Part shown: positions 1-11,000 of the stretch, in pieces
How positions within the stretch are numbered: the stretch's first letter is position 1
How the letters are laid out: each line of letters starts with the position of its first letter
IMG/VR virus record: IMGVR_UViG_3300009027_000001
Coordinates: 1-63,877 of that record
DNA from: a virus
Lineage: Duplodnaviria > Caudoviricetes
Length of the DNA: 63,877 bases
Direction: 5' to 3' (one strand)
The notes under the pieces: generated by a model
What the model was told of the DNA's origin: nothing
Seen by the model: only the letters and a program-made list of their open reading frames with translations
Databases searched by the model: none
Made by a program: the position numbers and the translations under genes

Positions 1-1
1 T

Positions 2-541
2 ATGGCTCTCATTCAGGCTTCGCCGGAGGTGCGAGAGCTTGACACGACTGCGTTCTTTGACGAGCTGAAGCTGCTTGAGGCGTCGGAGGCAGGTATGCCG
101 TGGCCGGACACTCAGCGGCACAACCTGTCGTATACCATTTCCGGTATAACCTACGCTGAGTCACTCGAGATCATCCCACCGTATTCTGTGACGTTCGAGG
201 ATGCCCAGTACGCCGTATCCCTCAAGGGAACGAACAACAACATCATCGACGTTGCGAACACTAATCAGGTACGTATCCTCGCCAACAACTCGGCGGGCCT
301 GATTGATGTACCGATTACGCAAGCTGACAAAGATGCGATTGTCAGCCAAGTTTTCGCACAGGTGATGGAAGGTACAGAGACGTTCGCCGAAGCTATACGC
401 CTGATACGAGCCGAAGCTGCTGGCTCCATAGCTGTGACTGGAACCGAGAACCGGATCAAGTCGGCTGATGGTGGTAAGGACAGAATTGTGGCGAATGCTG
501 ATGAAACCGGGCGAACTGTGACCTCGACGGATGGCGCGTAA
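2..541 (+). CDS. Virion structural protein, 3' part; true start is ATG 63702 across the junction (197 aa, MAVSVDWITGVITVPRADMALIQ...)
   Basis: ATG 63702 overlaps the TAA of the upstream gene and is in frame with ATG 63756 (= base 2). Confidence 0.75.
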   Translation: MALIQASPEVRELDTTAFFDELKLLEASEAGMPWPDTQRHNLSYTISGITYAESLEIIPPYSVTFEDAQYAVSLKGTNNNIIDVANTNQVRILANNSAGLIDVPITQADKDAIVSQVFAQVMEGTETFAEAIRLIRAEAAGSIAVTGTENRIKSADGGKDRIVANADETGRTVTSTDGA

Positions 542-1002
542 TGTACGGCACAGGCTACTACGCGGTCAGCTACTACGGGCCGTCCTATTATGTAGGTAGG
601 GCTGGTGCCGACGCTGGCGTTGCGCTGTTCACATACGAAACCTTGATCGCCGAAACCCGAGCACGCCTGAAGGACAGAGTCGCATCAAATTACCGATATT
701 CTGACGCCATGCTCATCTCAATCCTGAACCGTGGCCTCAACGACCTCAACAGGATCAGGCCGGATGCTTGGTATTCCTTCTATGGGATATACCCCACTGG
801 GGTACCTGAGATTACTGACAACTTCATCACTGAGGCTGGACAGGTGAATTGGGAGTCTGACTTCCAGCCTGACATCAGGTTCTACCCTGCGATGGTGGAC
901 TATGTCACTGGTTTCGTACACATGATGGAGGACGCCTATGTCGATGAAGGTGTCGCACAGGCGTTCATAAGCGAGTTCAGGAAGAAGGCTTTAATCACAT
1001 GA
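541..1002 (+). CDS. Head-tail adaptor-like protein, paralog of 3907..4284, with a Tyr/Gly-rich N-terminal extension
   Basis: Shares TYxTL..E.R..L.D...RY.D..L...LNRGL.DL..IRPD and VPEI...GQV.W with 3907..4284; TAATG coupling to the upstream gene. Confidence 0.7.
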   Translation: MYGTGYYAVSYYGPSYYVGRAGADAGVALFTYETLIAETRARLKDRVASNYRYSDAMLISILNRGLNDLNRIRPDAWYSFYGIYPTGVPEITDNFITEAGQVNWESDFQPDIRFYPAMVDYVTGFVHMMEDAYVDEGVAQAFISEFRKKALIT

Positions 1003-1016
1003 CCGGTCCCAGACAC

Positions 1017-1045
1017 TTGTTCTGAATTCAAGAATCTAGTACGAT
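1017..1045 (+). promoter_or_regulatory. Putative sigma70-type promoter for the scaffold/capsid genes
   Basis: TTGTTC-17 nt-TACGAT in the intergenic gap. Confidence 0.4.
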
Positions 1046-1082
1046 CAGCGTGAACTCTCTCACATAGCTATGGAGAATTAGG

Positions 1083-1316
1083 ATGAAAGGCAAACATTGG
1101 GGCAGCCTGACTGCTTCCGTAGAACCCGGATACCGCACGAACGTGCATGGTTCCCACGGTGGTTCGCCGAGTGGCAAGATGGTTGCTGTCTCGCGCACGA
1201 AAGAATATGCGACGAATGTCGTGGGTAGTCATGGCGGCACTCCCAGCGGCAAGTTCCTCGGCCAGACGAAGGGTAAGATTCGGCACGGTTCGGACTTCCC
1301 GGCGAAGGCATCGTAA
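1083..1316 (+). CDS. Small basic protein with an internal duplication (Y.TNV.GSHGG.PSGK x2)
   Basis: GGAG/AGG upstream; TAATG coupling to the next gene. Confidence 0.7.
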   Translation: MKGKHWGSLTASVEPGYRTNVHGSHGGSPSGKMVAVSRTKEYATNVVGSHGGTPSGKFLGQTKGKIRHGSDFPAKAS

Positions 1317-1543
1317 TGGCGAAGGTCATTAAATCGCTCAACCTGTCCTCGTTGGACGGGGTATATGACGTCGAAATTAACAAGGCAGCTCCCAGCGCAC
1401 GACGTCAGAGGGACGGATCGAAGGATGGCAAGGCAGTAGCCGCCAAGCAGAAGGCCAGCCAAGATACCGACGATGCCCGTGCCAGAGCGATCCATTATGG
1501 ATTCGATCCGGATGCGAAGCTGCCTATTGGCTTCTTTGAGTGA
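1316..1543 (+). CDS. Hypothetical protein
   Basis: Start/stop overlaps with both neighbours. Confidence 0.7.
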   Translation: MAKVIKSLNLSSLDGVYDVEINKAAPSARRQRDGSKDGKAVAAKQKASQDTDDARARAIHYGFDPDAKLPIGFFE

Positions 1544-1779
1544 AACTGAAACTAGACAAACAAACAGCGCAGTCATTAACTAATCTCCGGATAAACCCGG
1601 ACTTCAAACAAGTGTTGAAATGGCTCGAAGGACACCGCGCAAAGTTCGATGAGGAACTCCTCACCGCCGAAGGCACTCCCCTGTATAGAACGCAGGGGAA
1701 GGCTTTCGTCGTTGACGGAATATCTGAAGCGTTCGTGACGGCCCCCGAGATCACTGAAAAATTCAAACAGGAGAGGTAA
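1540..1779 (+). CDS. Small head-module protein preceding the scaffold
   Basis: GTGA overlap; helical 79-aa protein directly upstream of the scaffold gene. Confidence 0.65.
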   Translation: MKLKLDKQTAQSLTNLRINPDFKQVLKWLEGHRAKFDEELLTAEGTPLYRTQGKAFVVDGISEAFVTAPEITEKFKQER

Positions 1780-1785
1780 TACGCC

Positions 1786-2829
1786 ATGAGTGCGCTACCG
1801 AAAGCAGTACGAGAGCAAGTAGAGCAAGCCAACAAAATCGTCGAAGAAGTGTATGGCGACGACGGCAAGCTGAAAGTTGAAGAACCGGCCAACGAACCGG
1901 CCAAAGAACCACCTAAAAACGAGGCGGAACCACCTAAGATCGAGGCGGAACCGGCCAAGGAACCGGCCAAAGAACCGGCCAAAGCCGAGCCGACCGACTG
2001 GGAGCACAAGTTCAAAGTGCTTCAGGGCAAGTACAACGCGGAAGTCCCGCGCCTTCAGAAACAGCTGCAACAGAGTCAGGGCGACAACCAAGAGATGCGT
2101 CAGCGTATGCTGAACCTCGAAGGTATGGTCGCTTCTATGCAGACGTTGAAAGATAAGCCAGCGGAACCTGAACAGCCCAAGAAACCCATTATTTCCGATG
2201 AGGAACGTGAGCAATTTGGTGACGACCTCATCGACCTGATCCAGCGTGTATCGCTTAACGCTACACTGCCGGAAATCGAATCTCACCTGAAACCGCTTGA
2301 AGGGCGTGTGAAACAGGTGGATGAAAAAGTTGCAACTAGCCAGAAGTCTATGGCAGAATCCAAACGTCAACAGGTATTCGACCGCCTTACGGCAGCTGTA
2401 CCGGACTGGGAGGCCCAGAACGAGGACGAAAATTTCCTCAACTGGCTCGATGAACAGGAAGGACTGACCGGAAGACCGAGAGCATACTTTTTGACAGAAG
2501 CGATGAAGAACGCCGATGCCGATAAAGTCATTGCGTACTTCACGAGCTTTCAAAGCGAAAACGCTGCTGCTACACCAGCGGAACCTGCTCCGGAACCAAC
2601 CCCGGAACCACAGGTCAAGTTGGACGAATTGACGGCCCCCGGAACGCCTCAAACCGGGACAGCAAGCGCTCCGAACGAAAGCGGTAAGCGGGTATGGACC
2701 CGCGCAGACATAGCCCAGTTCTATGCTGACCGGAATGAGTTTGTAAAAAAGGGCAAACCGATTCCGAAAGAGATGACGAAGTTAGAAAGAGACATCTTCG
2801 CAGCTCAAGCAGAGGGCAGGGTTCGTTGA
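1786..2829 (+). CDS. Capsid scaffolding protein
   Basis: Acidic, EPAK repeats, coiled coil, C-terminal ...AQAEGRVR; GGAGAGG RBS; directly upstream of the coat gene. Confidence 0.75.
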   Translation: MSALPKAVREQVEQANKIVEEVYGDDGKLKVEEPANEPAKEPPKNEAEPPKIEAEPAKEPAKEPAKAEPTDWEHKFKVLQGKYNAEVPRLQKQLQQSQGDNQEMRQRMLNLEGMVASMQTLKDKPAEPEQPKKPIISDEEREQFGDDLIDLIQRVSLNATLPEIESHLKPLEGRVKQVDEKVATSQKSMAESKRQQVFDRLTAAVPDWEAQNEDENFLNWLDEQEGLTGRPRAYFLTEAMKNADADKVIAYFTSFQSENAAATPAEPAPEPTPEPQVKLDELTAPGTPQTGTASAPNESGKRVWTRADIAQFYADRNEFVKKGKPIPKEMTKLERDIFAAQAEGRVR

Positions 2830-2854
2830 AACCGACTCTAAGGAGTGATTAAAA

Positions 2855-3835
2855 ATGGCATATCCAACTACTACACCGTGGTCAGGCGCAGCCCCTACAA
2901 CGGCGTATGCTGGCAACTTCATCCCTGAAGTATGGTCCGGCAAACTCATTGAGAAATTCTATGAGGCCACCGTTCTTGGCGCTATCGCTAACACGGACTA
3001 CGAAGGCGAGATCAAGAATCAGGGCGATACGGTAAACATCCGTACCCGTCCCGATGTTGCGATTGCTGACTACAGTGCCGACATGGACCTCGTGGTTACT
3101 CGTCCGTCGAGCGCAAAACTTCAGCTGCTCATCGACCAAGGTAAGTACTTCAACGTAGCCCTTGACGATGTGATGGAGCTTCAGAGCGACATCGACATGC
3201 TGAGCATCTGGGCAGAAGACGCCGCAGAACAGATGAAGATTGCGATTGATACCGATGTTCTCGACTTCCTGACCAACGTCGCCGCAACCGGCAACGGTTT
3301 CGATGACATCGTCGCTGAGAACAAGGGTGCCACCGCTGGTGCCATCTCGGGTGACATCGACCTTGGCTTCAATACGCTTCAGACCAACGCGGTTCTGGTG
3401 GACAATGGCGGTACGAACGCTTCGCCGATTGACTACATCCTGCGTTGTGGTCAGGTGCTCGACGAGCAGAACGTCCCCGAGTCGGGCCGCTTCATGGTCA
3501 TCCCGGCATGGTTTGCCGCGCTGGTCAAGGCGTCTGACCTGAAGGACGCCTCGCTTGCTGGTGACGGCACTTCGATCCTGCGTAATGGCCGCCTCGGAAT
3601 GATCGACAGGTTCACGCTGTATGTCAGCAACCTGTTGCTCGACACCGAGACGACTGGTGCGTTCCCGGTTCTGTTCGGTACGACTTCCGGACTGACGTTC
3701 GCTGCACAGTTCACGAAGATGGAAACGATTCGCTCTGAGCGTTCGTTCTCCAACTTGCTCCGTGGCTTGCAGGTCTATGGCCGTAAGGTCGTGAAGGGCG
3801 AAGCCCTCGGCGTCGGCTTTATCCGTAAGTCTTAA
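2855..3835 (+). CDS. Major capsid protein (P22-coat-like, HK97 fold)
   Basis: FIPEVWSGKL, NTDYEGEI..GDTV.I and RGLQVYG.KV motifs; AAGGAG RBS; 326 aa. Confidence 0.9.
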   Translation: MAYPTTTPWSGAAPTTAYAGNFIPEVWSGKLIEKFYEATVLGAIANTDYEGEIKNQGDTVNIRTRPDVAIADYSADMDLVVTRPSSAKLQLLIDQGKYFNVALDDVMELQSDIDMLSIWAEDAAEQMKIAIDTDVLDFLTNVAATGNGFDDIVAENKGATAGAISGDIDLGFNTLQTNAVLVDNGGTNASPIDYILRCGQVLDEQNVPESGRFMVIPAWFAALVKASDLKDASLAGDGTSILRNGRLGMIDRFTLYVSNLLLDTETTGAFPVLFGTTSGLTFAAQFTKMETIRSERSFSNLLRGLQVYGRKVVKGEALGVGFIRKS

Positions 3836-3849
3836 TCGGACGCTGATCT

Positions 3850-3885
3850 GGACCCCAGTCTCATCATTATGGTGGGCTGGGGTCC
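3850..3885 (+). terminator. Strong hairpin after the capsid gene (attenuator or mRNA stabiliser; no U-tract)
   Basis: GGACCCCAG...CTGGGGTCC stem. Confidence 0.55.
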
Positions 3886-3906
3886 TCCCCTTAACCGGAG
3901 GGTCCG

Positions 3907-4284
3907 ATGGCTAAGACATACCAGACACTCGTATACGAAGCTCGTGAGCTTCTTCAGGACACGGATACCGACCAACAACGGTATCTTGATTCAACCCTCC
4001 TTAACATGCTGAACCGTGGTCTTCACGATCTGTCGAAGATCAGGCCAGACCTCACGTACACGGCATATAACGCCAACTCCCTCGAAGTCCCCGAGATTGT
4101 TGAGTCGGCTCCCGGTGCCGGACAGGTTGCTTGGACTGATACGTGGCCGTGGGAAATGTGGTTCTACAACAGGATGGTGGAATACGTTGTCGCGCTGGCA
4201 GAAGTCACCGATGACGAGTACACTGTGGACGGCAGAGCTGCACTTCTCCTACAACAGTTCCGTAATGGAGCAATAGGACTGTAA
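3907..4284 (+). CDS. Head-tail adaptor-like protein
   Basis: GGAGG RBS; follows the capsid gene; helical adaptor-like pattern. Confidence 0.7.
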   Translation: MAKTYQTLVYEARELLQDTDTDQQRYLDSTLLNMLNRGLHDLSKIRPDLTYTAYNANSLEVPEIVESAPGAGQVAWTDTWPWEMWFYNRMVEYVVALAEVTDDEYTVDGRAALLLQQFRNGAIGL

Positions 4285-4937
4285 TGGCTACCGAGTACAC
4301 AGAATCACTGGACACCCTGCTTCAAGACACGATCCCAGAACTACCCGGTGTGGTTCGGGCTGTCGCGGAGAGGGAACTCAGACTGACCTTTCGGGAGTTT
4401 TTCGAGAGGTCTTTTGCATGGCGGTCTGTCCTGACGATTGACGCCCCTAGCGGTGACACGGCGATCTGGCTTCAGGACTCAAATGACCTTGACGCCAATT
4501 CAGATGTCATTGCCATTCTACATGTAAGTTTTGAAGGTAACGGACTGGCTAGTTATGCAGCTAAGCCTGACCGCGTGGATACCACTGCCACCAACTTACC
4601 AGTTGGGTTCTACATGACGTCGAACCCCGACGAGTTCAAACTGTATCCCCAGCTGGAAGTAGCAAAACCCGGCGCACTTGAAGTTCATGTGGCGCTGACA
4701 CCTAAGATCGACGCAGTTACGTTCCCGCGTCAGATCAGCACCAAATACTATGATGCGCTGCGTGAGGGCTTCCTTGCCCGTATGTACGCGCACCCGAACA
4801 AACCCTACTCCGCCCCGATGGTAGCCGGACAGATGCGGCATAATTTCAGGCGACGGATTGGGTACTATAATGCACAGGCTAAGCAAGGCTATAATGACGC
4901 CCAAGCATGGTCGTACCCCGTTGGGTGGAGGAAGTAA
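4284..4937 (+). CDS. Tail adaptor / tail tubular protein A-like
   Basis: Position and size; ELPG...AV, ARMYAHPNKPYS. Confidence 0.6.
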   Translation: MATEYTESLDTLLQDTIPELPGVVRAVAERELRLTFREFFERSFAWRSVLTIDAPSGDTAIWLQDSNDLDANSDVIAILHVSFEGNGLASYAAKPDRVDTTATNLPVGFYMTSNPDEFKLYPQLEVAKPGALEVHVALTPKIDAVTFPRQISTKYYDALREGFLARMYAHPNKPYSAPMVAGQMRHNFRRRIGYYNAQAKQGYNDAQAWSYPVGWRK

Positions 4938-4940
4938 GAC

Positions 4941-6158
4941 ATGGCGATTCTTTTTGCAAACAACTGTAGTTCTACCCTGTCTGTTAGCATTACTGCTGGT
5001 TCGGGTGTTATTCAAGTAGCTGATTCGAGTACGTTCCCACAGCCTACAGGTGGAGACGTCATCTATATTACCCTTGAAGACCCGGCGGGAGACATCGAGA
5101 TTGTCAGGTGCAGCGCCAATGATGGTGCTGGCACTTTTACGGTTGATGCTGGCGGGCGGGGCATTGATGGTACGACAGCACAAGCGTTCAATGCGACAGA
5201 GACTCGTGTAGAGCTGCGTCTGGTCAAGACGGTATTAGATGCGCTTCTACAGACTCTAGGCGGCACGATGGCCGGTAACCTAGACATGAACAACAATGAC
5301 ATCATTGATGCTGTGTTGTCTGGTACTGGCACTAAAGTGACAGCTGGCGAGATCGTTGGAGTACCCTTGCGTGGCTTAACTGGTACATCGACGAATGAGA
5401 TTTTAGTTCCGACAGATGGTGTTAGCAGGGCCACAGCTGGCGGTGCAGAAATTGTTGTCTCTACTGATCCGTCAGTGGTTCAGGCCACTGAAACTTCTCT
5501 TGGTATTGCAGAGATCGCAACTCAAGCAGAAATGGACGCAGGACTTGATGATCTTCGTTTTGTCACCCCTAAGAAATTTGTTGATACAGCTGCTTCAGAA
5601 ACAGTTAATGGAACGCTTCAACTAGCGACGTCGGCAGAGGTTACGCTAGATACGCCTACTGTTACCGACAAAGCAGTTACGCCAGCTACGCTCGCTGCAC
5701 GTACCGCTACTGATACCCGTGCCGGTCTAGCGGAGAAAGCGACTCAGGCAGAGGTAGACGCAGGTACCGACACTGACAGGTACCTTACCCCGGCAACCTT
5801 CGCAGCTAGTTCTCAGTTAGCAGGAGGCGCAATACCGAGTTTCACTGGTACTTCTTCAATTACAGGATTAACTGTAGGTAAGAAATACCTAGTAAGCGTT
5901 TACGGTATTACAAGAGACGCCGGAACGGGTACGGCTACGTTGGGTGCAGTTCGTGTAGGTGATGGCGCATCAGTAGGGCAAGGTACACAACTTGCCACCA
6001 CAAATTCGCAGAGTATTAACTGGCCGGACGGAAACGTCCCTCAGAGTGCTACGTTTGTTATTACAGCCGCCACAGCCAATATTAACGGTGCAGTTGATTG
6101 GAGAAGCACCTCGCTGTACGTTGCAGCAAAAACTATGACGGCCATCCAGCTAGATTAA
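4941..6158 (+). CDS. Tail fibre protein with T4-fibre-type AT...G...AT.AE repeats
   Basis: N-terminal FANN...TL attachment-like segment; repeats ATETSLGIAEIATQAE, ASETVNGTLQLATSAE, ATDTRAGLAEKATQAE. Confidence 0.7.
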   Translation: MAILFANNCSSTLSVSITAGSGVIQVADSSTFPQPTGGDVIYITLEDPAGDIEIVRCSANDGAGTFTVDAGGRGIDGTTAQAFNATETRVELRLVKTVLDALLQTLGGTMAGNLDMNNNDIIDAVLSGTGTKVTAGEIVGVPLRGLTGTSTNEILVPTDGVSRATAGGAEIVVSTDPSVVQATETSLGIAEIATQAEMDAGLDDLRFVTPKKFVDTAASETVNGTLQLATSAEVTLDTPTVTDKAVTPATLAARTATDTRAGLAEKATQAEVDAGTDTDRYLTPATFAASSQLAGGAIPSFTGTSSITGLTVGKKYLVSVYGITRDAGTGTATLGAVRVGDGASVGQGTQLATTNSQSINWPDGNVPQSATFVITAATANINGAVDWRSTSLYVAAKTMTAIQLD

Positions 6159-6170
6159 CGGAGGTGGCGT

Positions 6171-8072
6171 ATGGCAGGCATAAAACTTGAAGGATTCCAA
6201 GGAGCCATTCCTAGAGTATCTCAACGCCTGCTACCCCCAATGGCAGCGTCAGAACTATCTAATACGAAACTGCTCCAAGGTGAATTACGGGGATACCGTA
6301 TACTGGTAGAGGAGGCAGATTTCTCTGCCGGAGCAGTATCGCCTGTCCGTCGAGCGTTTAGGATTCCGGATACCCCCACTGACTCATACCTTATATTTGA
6401 CACACGTGATGTTGACGTTATTCGATCCCCACTTGTGAACGATGTATGGGATAGGTATTTCTGGACAGGTGTTGGGACTCTACCCCAGATGAACTCCTCC
6501 GCCAACATTAAGGCGGGTCAGGTTAATGGCCCGTACTTACTTGGTGTGCCGGGTCCTGCTACTGGCCCTACTGTAACTCCCCCACCCGGCGATGGTGAAA
6601 GCGATGAGACGCGAGCTTACGTCTATACTTTCGTATCAGAGTTCGGTGAGGAGAGTCAGCCGTCACCACCTACCCTTGTAACAGGTGATGGGGGTATCCC
6701 GTGGCAGATTTCTAACATGGCTTCCACAATTAGCGGTGCGACGAGCCGTGCATTTCAAGGCGACCAAGGTCAGGCAGTAGTTAAAATCTATCGCACCGTT
6801 CCGGGTAATGCTTCGACTAGCTTCTTTTATGTCGGTGAGGTTAACTACGGTACTACATCTTATACAGATAATGAATCAAACGATACAGTAGCGTCTAACC
6901 CCCTACTAGAATCAACGACATGGGCACCTCCGATACCCGAAATGGAAGGCTTCGTCGTTATGCCGAACGGCTACCTTGTAGGTTGGGCTGGTCGGCGACT
7001 ACTGTTTAGTGAGCCTTATCGCCCGCACGCATGGCCCGCCGAATATGAACTATCTACCGAGTTCGATATTGTAGGTCTTGGTGTTGTTGGTGGTACATTG
7101 GTGATTGGTACTGAATCCCAACCGTACTTTGGTCAAGGTGTTAGTCCAGCGTCATTTACGACCCAGAAGGTCGATGCTGTTGAACCGTGCCTATCTCGTA
7201 GAGGTCTAGTTAGTACGACAGCTGGCGTACTTTATCCGTCGATCAATGGGCTTGTCCTTGCTAACAGCAGTGGCGTTCGAGTTATTACGGAAGACCTGTT
7301 TACAAAAGAAGAATGGGCAGACTGGCTCCCTGACCAGTTGTACGCCTCACAACTAGGCGTGCAGTACATCGCTTTCAACGGTCCTAGTACTGGGTTTGTA
7401 CTTGACCCAAAAGAACCTACTGCTCGCTTTGTACCATTGACCGGCTTCAATGAGATCGAAGGTATTGAGACTGACCGATATACTGGTAACGTATTTCTTC
7501 TTTCCAAAGACCGCATTTGGGAGTGGGATAGTGAGCGCACTGCCCAACGTATGCCGTGGCGCTGGCAAAGCAAGATGTACCAAACCCCGAAACCAGTTAA
7601 CTTCGGTGCGGCTCGATTACAGTTCATAACAGGTGATGTAACATTTGGGTATGAAATACGTGCTAAGTATCTCCCATACAACACCGCACTGATGACAGCT
7701 ATCGCATCCCAGCCGGGTAGTTTGGCACGCCTGAATACTATTAACGGACAAGTGTTAGGCGGTTCTCCGGCTTGGAACACCGGACTTGTAGCTGGATGGT
7801 CCGACGCTGAGATACGCCAACCCCTAGGTGGTAGCTTGGTATACCCTATAGCTCAACTGAGTGCTACAGAGAATACGGTCAGATTTTTGGTTCATGTAGA
7901 CTACCAGAATGGCGAAAGGAAGACTGTGTTTGACCGTACCATATCGAGTGAAGACATCTTTCGTTTGCCTACAGGATTTAAGAGTGATCTGTGGCAGATT
8001 GAAATGATTGGCAATACTACGGTGTACTCGTTACAGATCGCGGAGACTCCGAAACAGCTGGCTGGAATCTAA
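6171..8072 (+). CDS. Tail nozzle / DNA stabilisation protein (P22 gp10 / T7 gp12-like)
   Basis: 633 aa, beta-rich; RAYVYTFVS.FGEES.PSP, FSEPY.PHAWP; GGAGG RBS. Confidence 0.7.
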   Translation: MAGIKLEGFQGAIPRVSQRLLPPMAASELSNTKLLQGELRGYRILVEEADFSAGAVSPVRRAFRIPDTPTDSYLIFDTRDVDVIRSPLVNDVWDRYFWTGVGTLPQMNSSANIKAGQVNGPYLLGVPGPATGPTVTPPPGDGESDETRAYVYTFVSEFGEESQPSPPTLVTGDGGIPWQISNMASTISGATSRAFQGDQGQAVVKIYRTVPGNASTSFFYVGEVNYGTTSYTDNESNDTVASNPLLESTTWAPPIPEMEGFVVMPNGYLVGWAGRRLLFSEPYRPHAWPAEYELSTEFDIVGLGVVGGTLVIGTESQPYFGQGVSPASFTTQKVDAVEPCLSRRGLVSTTAGVLYPSINGLVLANSSGVRVITEDLFTKEEWADWLPDQLYASQLGVQYIAFNGPSTGFVLDPKEPTARFVPLTGFNEIEGIETDRYTGNVFLLSKDRIWEWDSERTAQRMPWRWQSKMYQTPKPVNFGAARLQFITGDVTFGYEIRAKYLPYNTALMTAIASQPGSLARLNTINGQVLGGSPAWNTGLVAGWSDAEIRQPLGGSLVYPIAQLSATENTVRFLVHVDYQNGERKTVFDRTISSEDIFRLPTGFKSDLWQIEMIGNTTVYSLQIAETPKQLAGI

Positions 8073-11000
8073 TGGCGCTTACAACTAAACCGAATAGATT
8101 CTACCCTAATATCCCCCCTGCCGAATTATCCCTTGCTTCTCTACAAAATTCGGTGGAGCAGATACGTGCGTCGATAATTACCCATGAACGCCGCGACAAT
8201 AACTACATGAAGTCGTTTGTGCGTTTTGAGGAGTTGGTAGAACTCGGCCTTATTAACAGCGACGGTACTGTAGGCACAGGTGGCACAGGTGGCACAGGTG
8301 GGACAGGTGGGAGTTCCTTCCAGACTCCGTGGCTGAGTAACATCGACGGTGCTGGCTACACACTTAATGACGCTACGCTCACTAACATCGGCGGGCTTAG
8401 TGTTACAGGTACTACAAACCTTAACTCAGTACTCAATGTTGGTGGACTCGCCACGTTCGATGCGTGCATACGATTTGACGGCGGGGATAATTATGTAGAC
8501 TTCTGCCACGACAATACTGACCTGAATATAACAGCTGGTGCCATCGTTCCTTCATCGCCAGAGGTTTATCTTCAGGCGAACTTTACTGAGTCAAATGGTG
8601 CGACTTCTCATATAGAGCAGGCTCTCAGTGCGAACCTTACCGCCATTGCACCTGCTACAGTACAAGACAACTACGCGAACGAAGGCAGTGGTGGTTTGTG
8701 GCGGTGCCTCGTTGCTGATGGAGGACAACCTGCTGGACTTGTTGCTGCACATGATCTTGGTTCGGGTGATTTTACTCTTGAGACAAAAATTTACTGGCCT
8801 TCATCGTCGAACATTGCGAATGATGTTGGCGGCTATGACTTTCTGGAATATAACGATTCCGGCGGTGGCGTAGGTATAGTTTGGGCCTTTACCTATTACA
8901 AGACCTCCGACGTCTTTTACCTAGAGTTTCGTCTCGCCGTTACTCAGATTGGCACCGGAGTCACGAACGATTTTCAAGGGCGATTCCCTATTGTTGGTGA
9001 TCCGTATGATGCTTTCTATCACGCTGTGGCGGAGCGAATTGGCAACACCCTCTGGATTGGTTGGAATGGTAGTGTTATAGGTTCTATAGACCTCGCCCAA
9101 GTAGGGGGTATTGGTGGGTGGCCTTCATACGACCCTGAAGAAGCTGTTACTGTTCGACCGTCCACTGGGACAACACCCTTCCTAGGGATGGTTGGGTACG
9201 GTACAGGTTCAAATCGTCGGATGGATGAAATCCGGCTTTCAAAAGACGGCTATCAGTACGGACTAGATACTAAGTCAAGCTACACCGTTCCGGGCGACCA
9301 TCCACCACCCGGAGACGGCCCTACATACACGCCTGTTGAACCTGATATTAACATCATTGGTTTGGATGTCAGGCTTGACACCGATGCTAGTATCGACTGG
9401 CAGAACAGCGCCGGAGCTTCTGTTGAGCTTTTGACTTTCAATTCAGGGGACCCCGGATTCGATCCGACTGAGGACCCTTATTGGAGCAACGTAGGTCTGT
9501 ATACGAAGCTCAACGGAACTGATGGCTCGACTGCTAACTTTAGTTCGGACGACGACAACGCGCATACACTGGTACCTACTAACGGTGCGCAGATAGACAC
9601 TGCACAGTCTAAGTTCGGTGGTTCCTCGATACTGCTAGATAATACTGGCGCACCAGCATACTCTGATTATGTTCGGATAAATGATTACGTCGGAATGGAG
9701 CTTCTCGATAAGGATTTCACCATCGAGGCGTGGGTCCGTCTGGCGTCGTTACCTAGTTCTTCGCCAGATGGCGGCTTCACGATTATCTCCCACTTCTGGA
9801 ATGCCTCGCAGGAGAGATGCTGGTATTTTAGGCTGGATGACAGCAACGCATTGGAGTTCTCGTATTCCACTGACGGACTAACGGTTGATAATGTATGCCG
9901 GACAGCATTCCCCTTTGCCATAGATAGATGGTATGCCGTGGCAGCAGTTCGTGAGGGCAACAACATACATCTGTATGTAGATGGCACGCGCATTGGGACG
10001 CACTCGGTTTCTGGCTCTGTCTATGACTCGTACCCCGCGTTCCCCTACATAGGGCTAACAGATACAACCTCGGGCTTCCGTGCTCAATTCGATGGATGGA
10101 TAGATGAGCTGCGACTTACTGTGGGTGTCGCTCGATACATTGGGCCAGCCTACACATTGCAGACCTCTGAGTTTCCTACAGTACAAGGCGACCCTGTCAC
10201 TATTGAACCTGATGGGTTTATCGTTGGTGATCCAGCCTACGACACAATAATTGATGGGGTATCCACAACAATCACTGGTAATGCCGTTGTTAACGGGACG
10301 ACGGTCTTGGATCAGACGTTGAATGTTGGTGGCGCTACACAGTTAGGATCGACGCTAGAGGTCACAGGCCCTACAGACCTTTATTCAGTGCTGCGTGTCT
10401 GGGAGGCCGCACAGTTTGACAAGTCAATGAATGTTGATGGCCCCGCTGACTTCCGGATGGGTGTCACGATCTGGGACTATGACGTTTATCCTGCTGGGAC
10501 ACATCTTACTCTCGCCTACTCAGGTATAAATGAAGACGCCAAGTTCATGCGTTTTGTAGAAGACCTCGATGGTAGTGACTCCGGCTCAAATGCAGGGTTC
10601 TATATTGACTACGAGGGGGTAGATAACTCGCCCTTTAACCAGCTGCACTTTGGCTGCGACAAACCCTCCGCCGCTGGGACGATCTTCTACATCGGTGAAC
10701 GTGGCCAAATGGTTCTCGAGGACAACCTAAACCACGCCGCATCGCTAACTTCGACAGAGCATCCTTTACAGATTGGCCCAACCGATAGCTTGAACCTGCG
10801 CTTCGGCAGGAATGAAATCCAAGCGGTCAACAATGGTGCGCAAACAGCGTTAGCGATGCAGCCGTGGGGCGGTGGCATCAGTTTCTTCGAGTCGGACTAC
10901 ACCACCGACTATCATAACTTCATCATCTACCTTGGCAAGTCAGGCACTATAAGTGGACGGTTCTACCTGAACAGCGACTCGGTCAATCTGAACACGTTCA

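Noticed and set aside
455-485. SADGGK here and VADGGQ in the long fibre as further GG-motif copies
   Set aside because: They lack the +2 Val/Ile and lie in Gly-rich external proteins, so chance is likely
1795-2652. 285-aa antisense ORF (also 1524..2015)
   Set aside because: Shadow of the repetitive scaffold gene; no RBS or protein-like features
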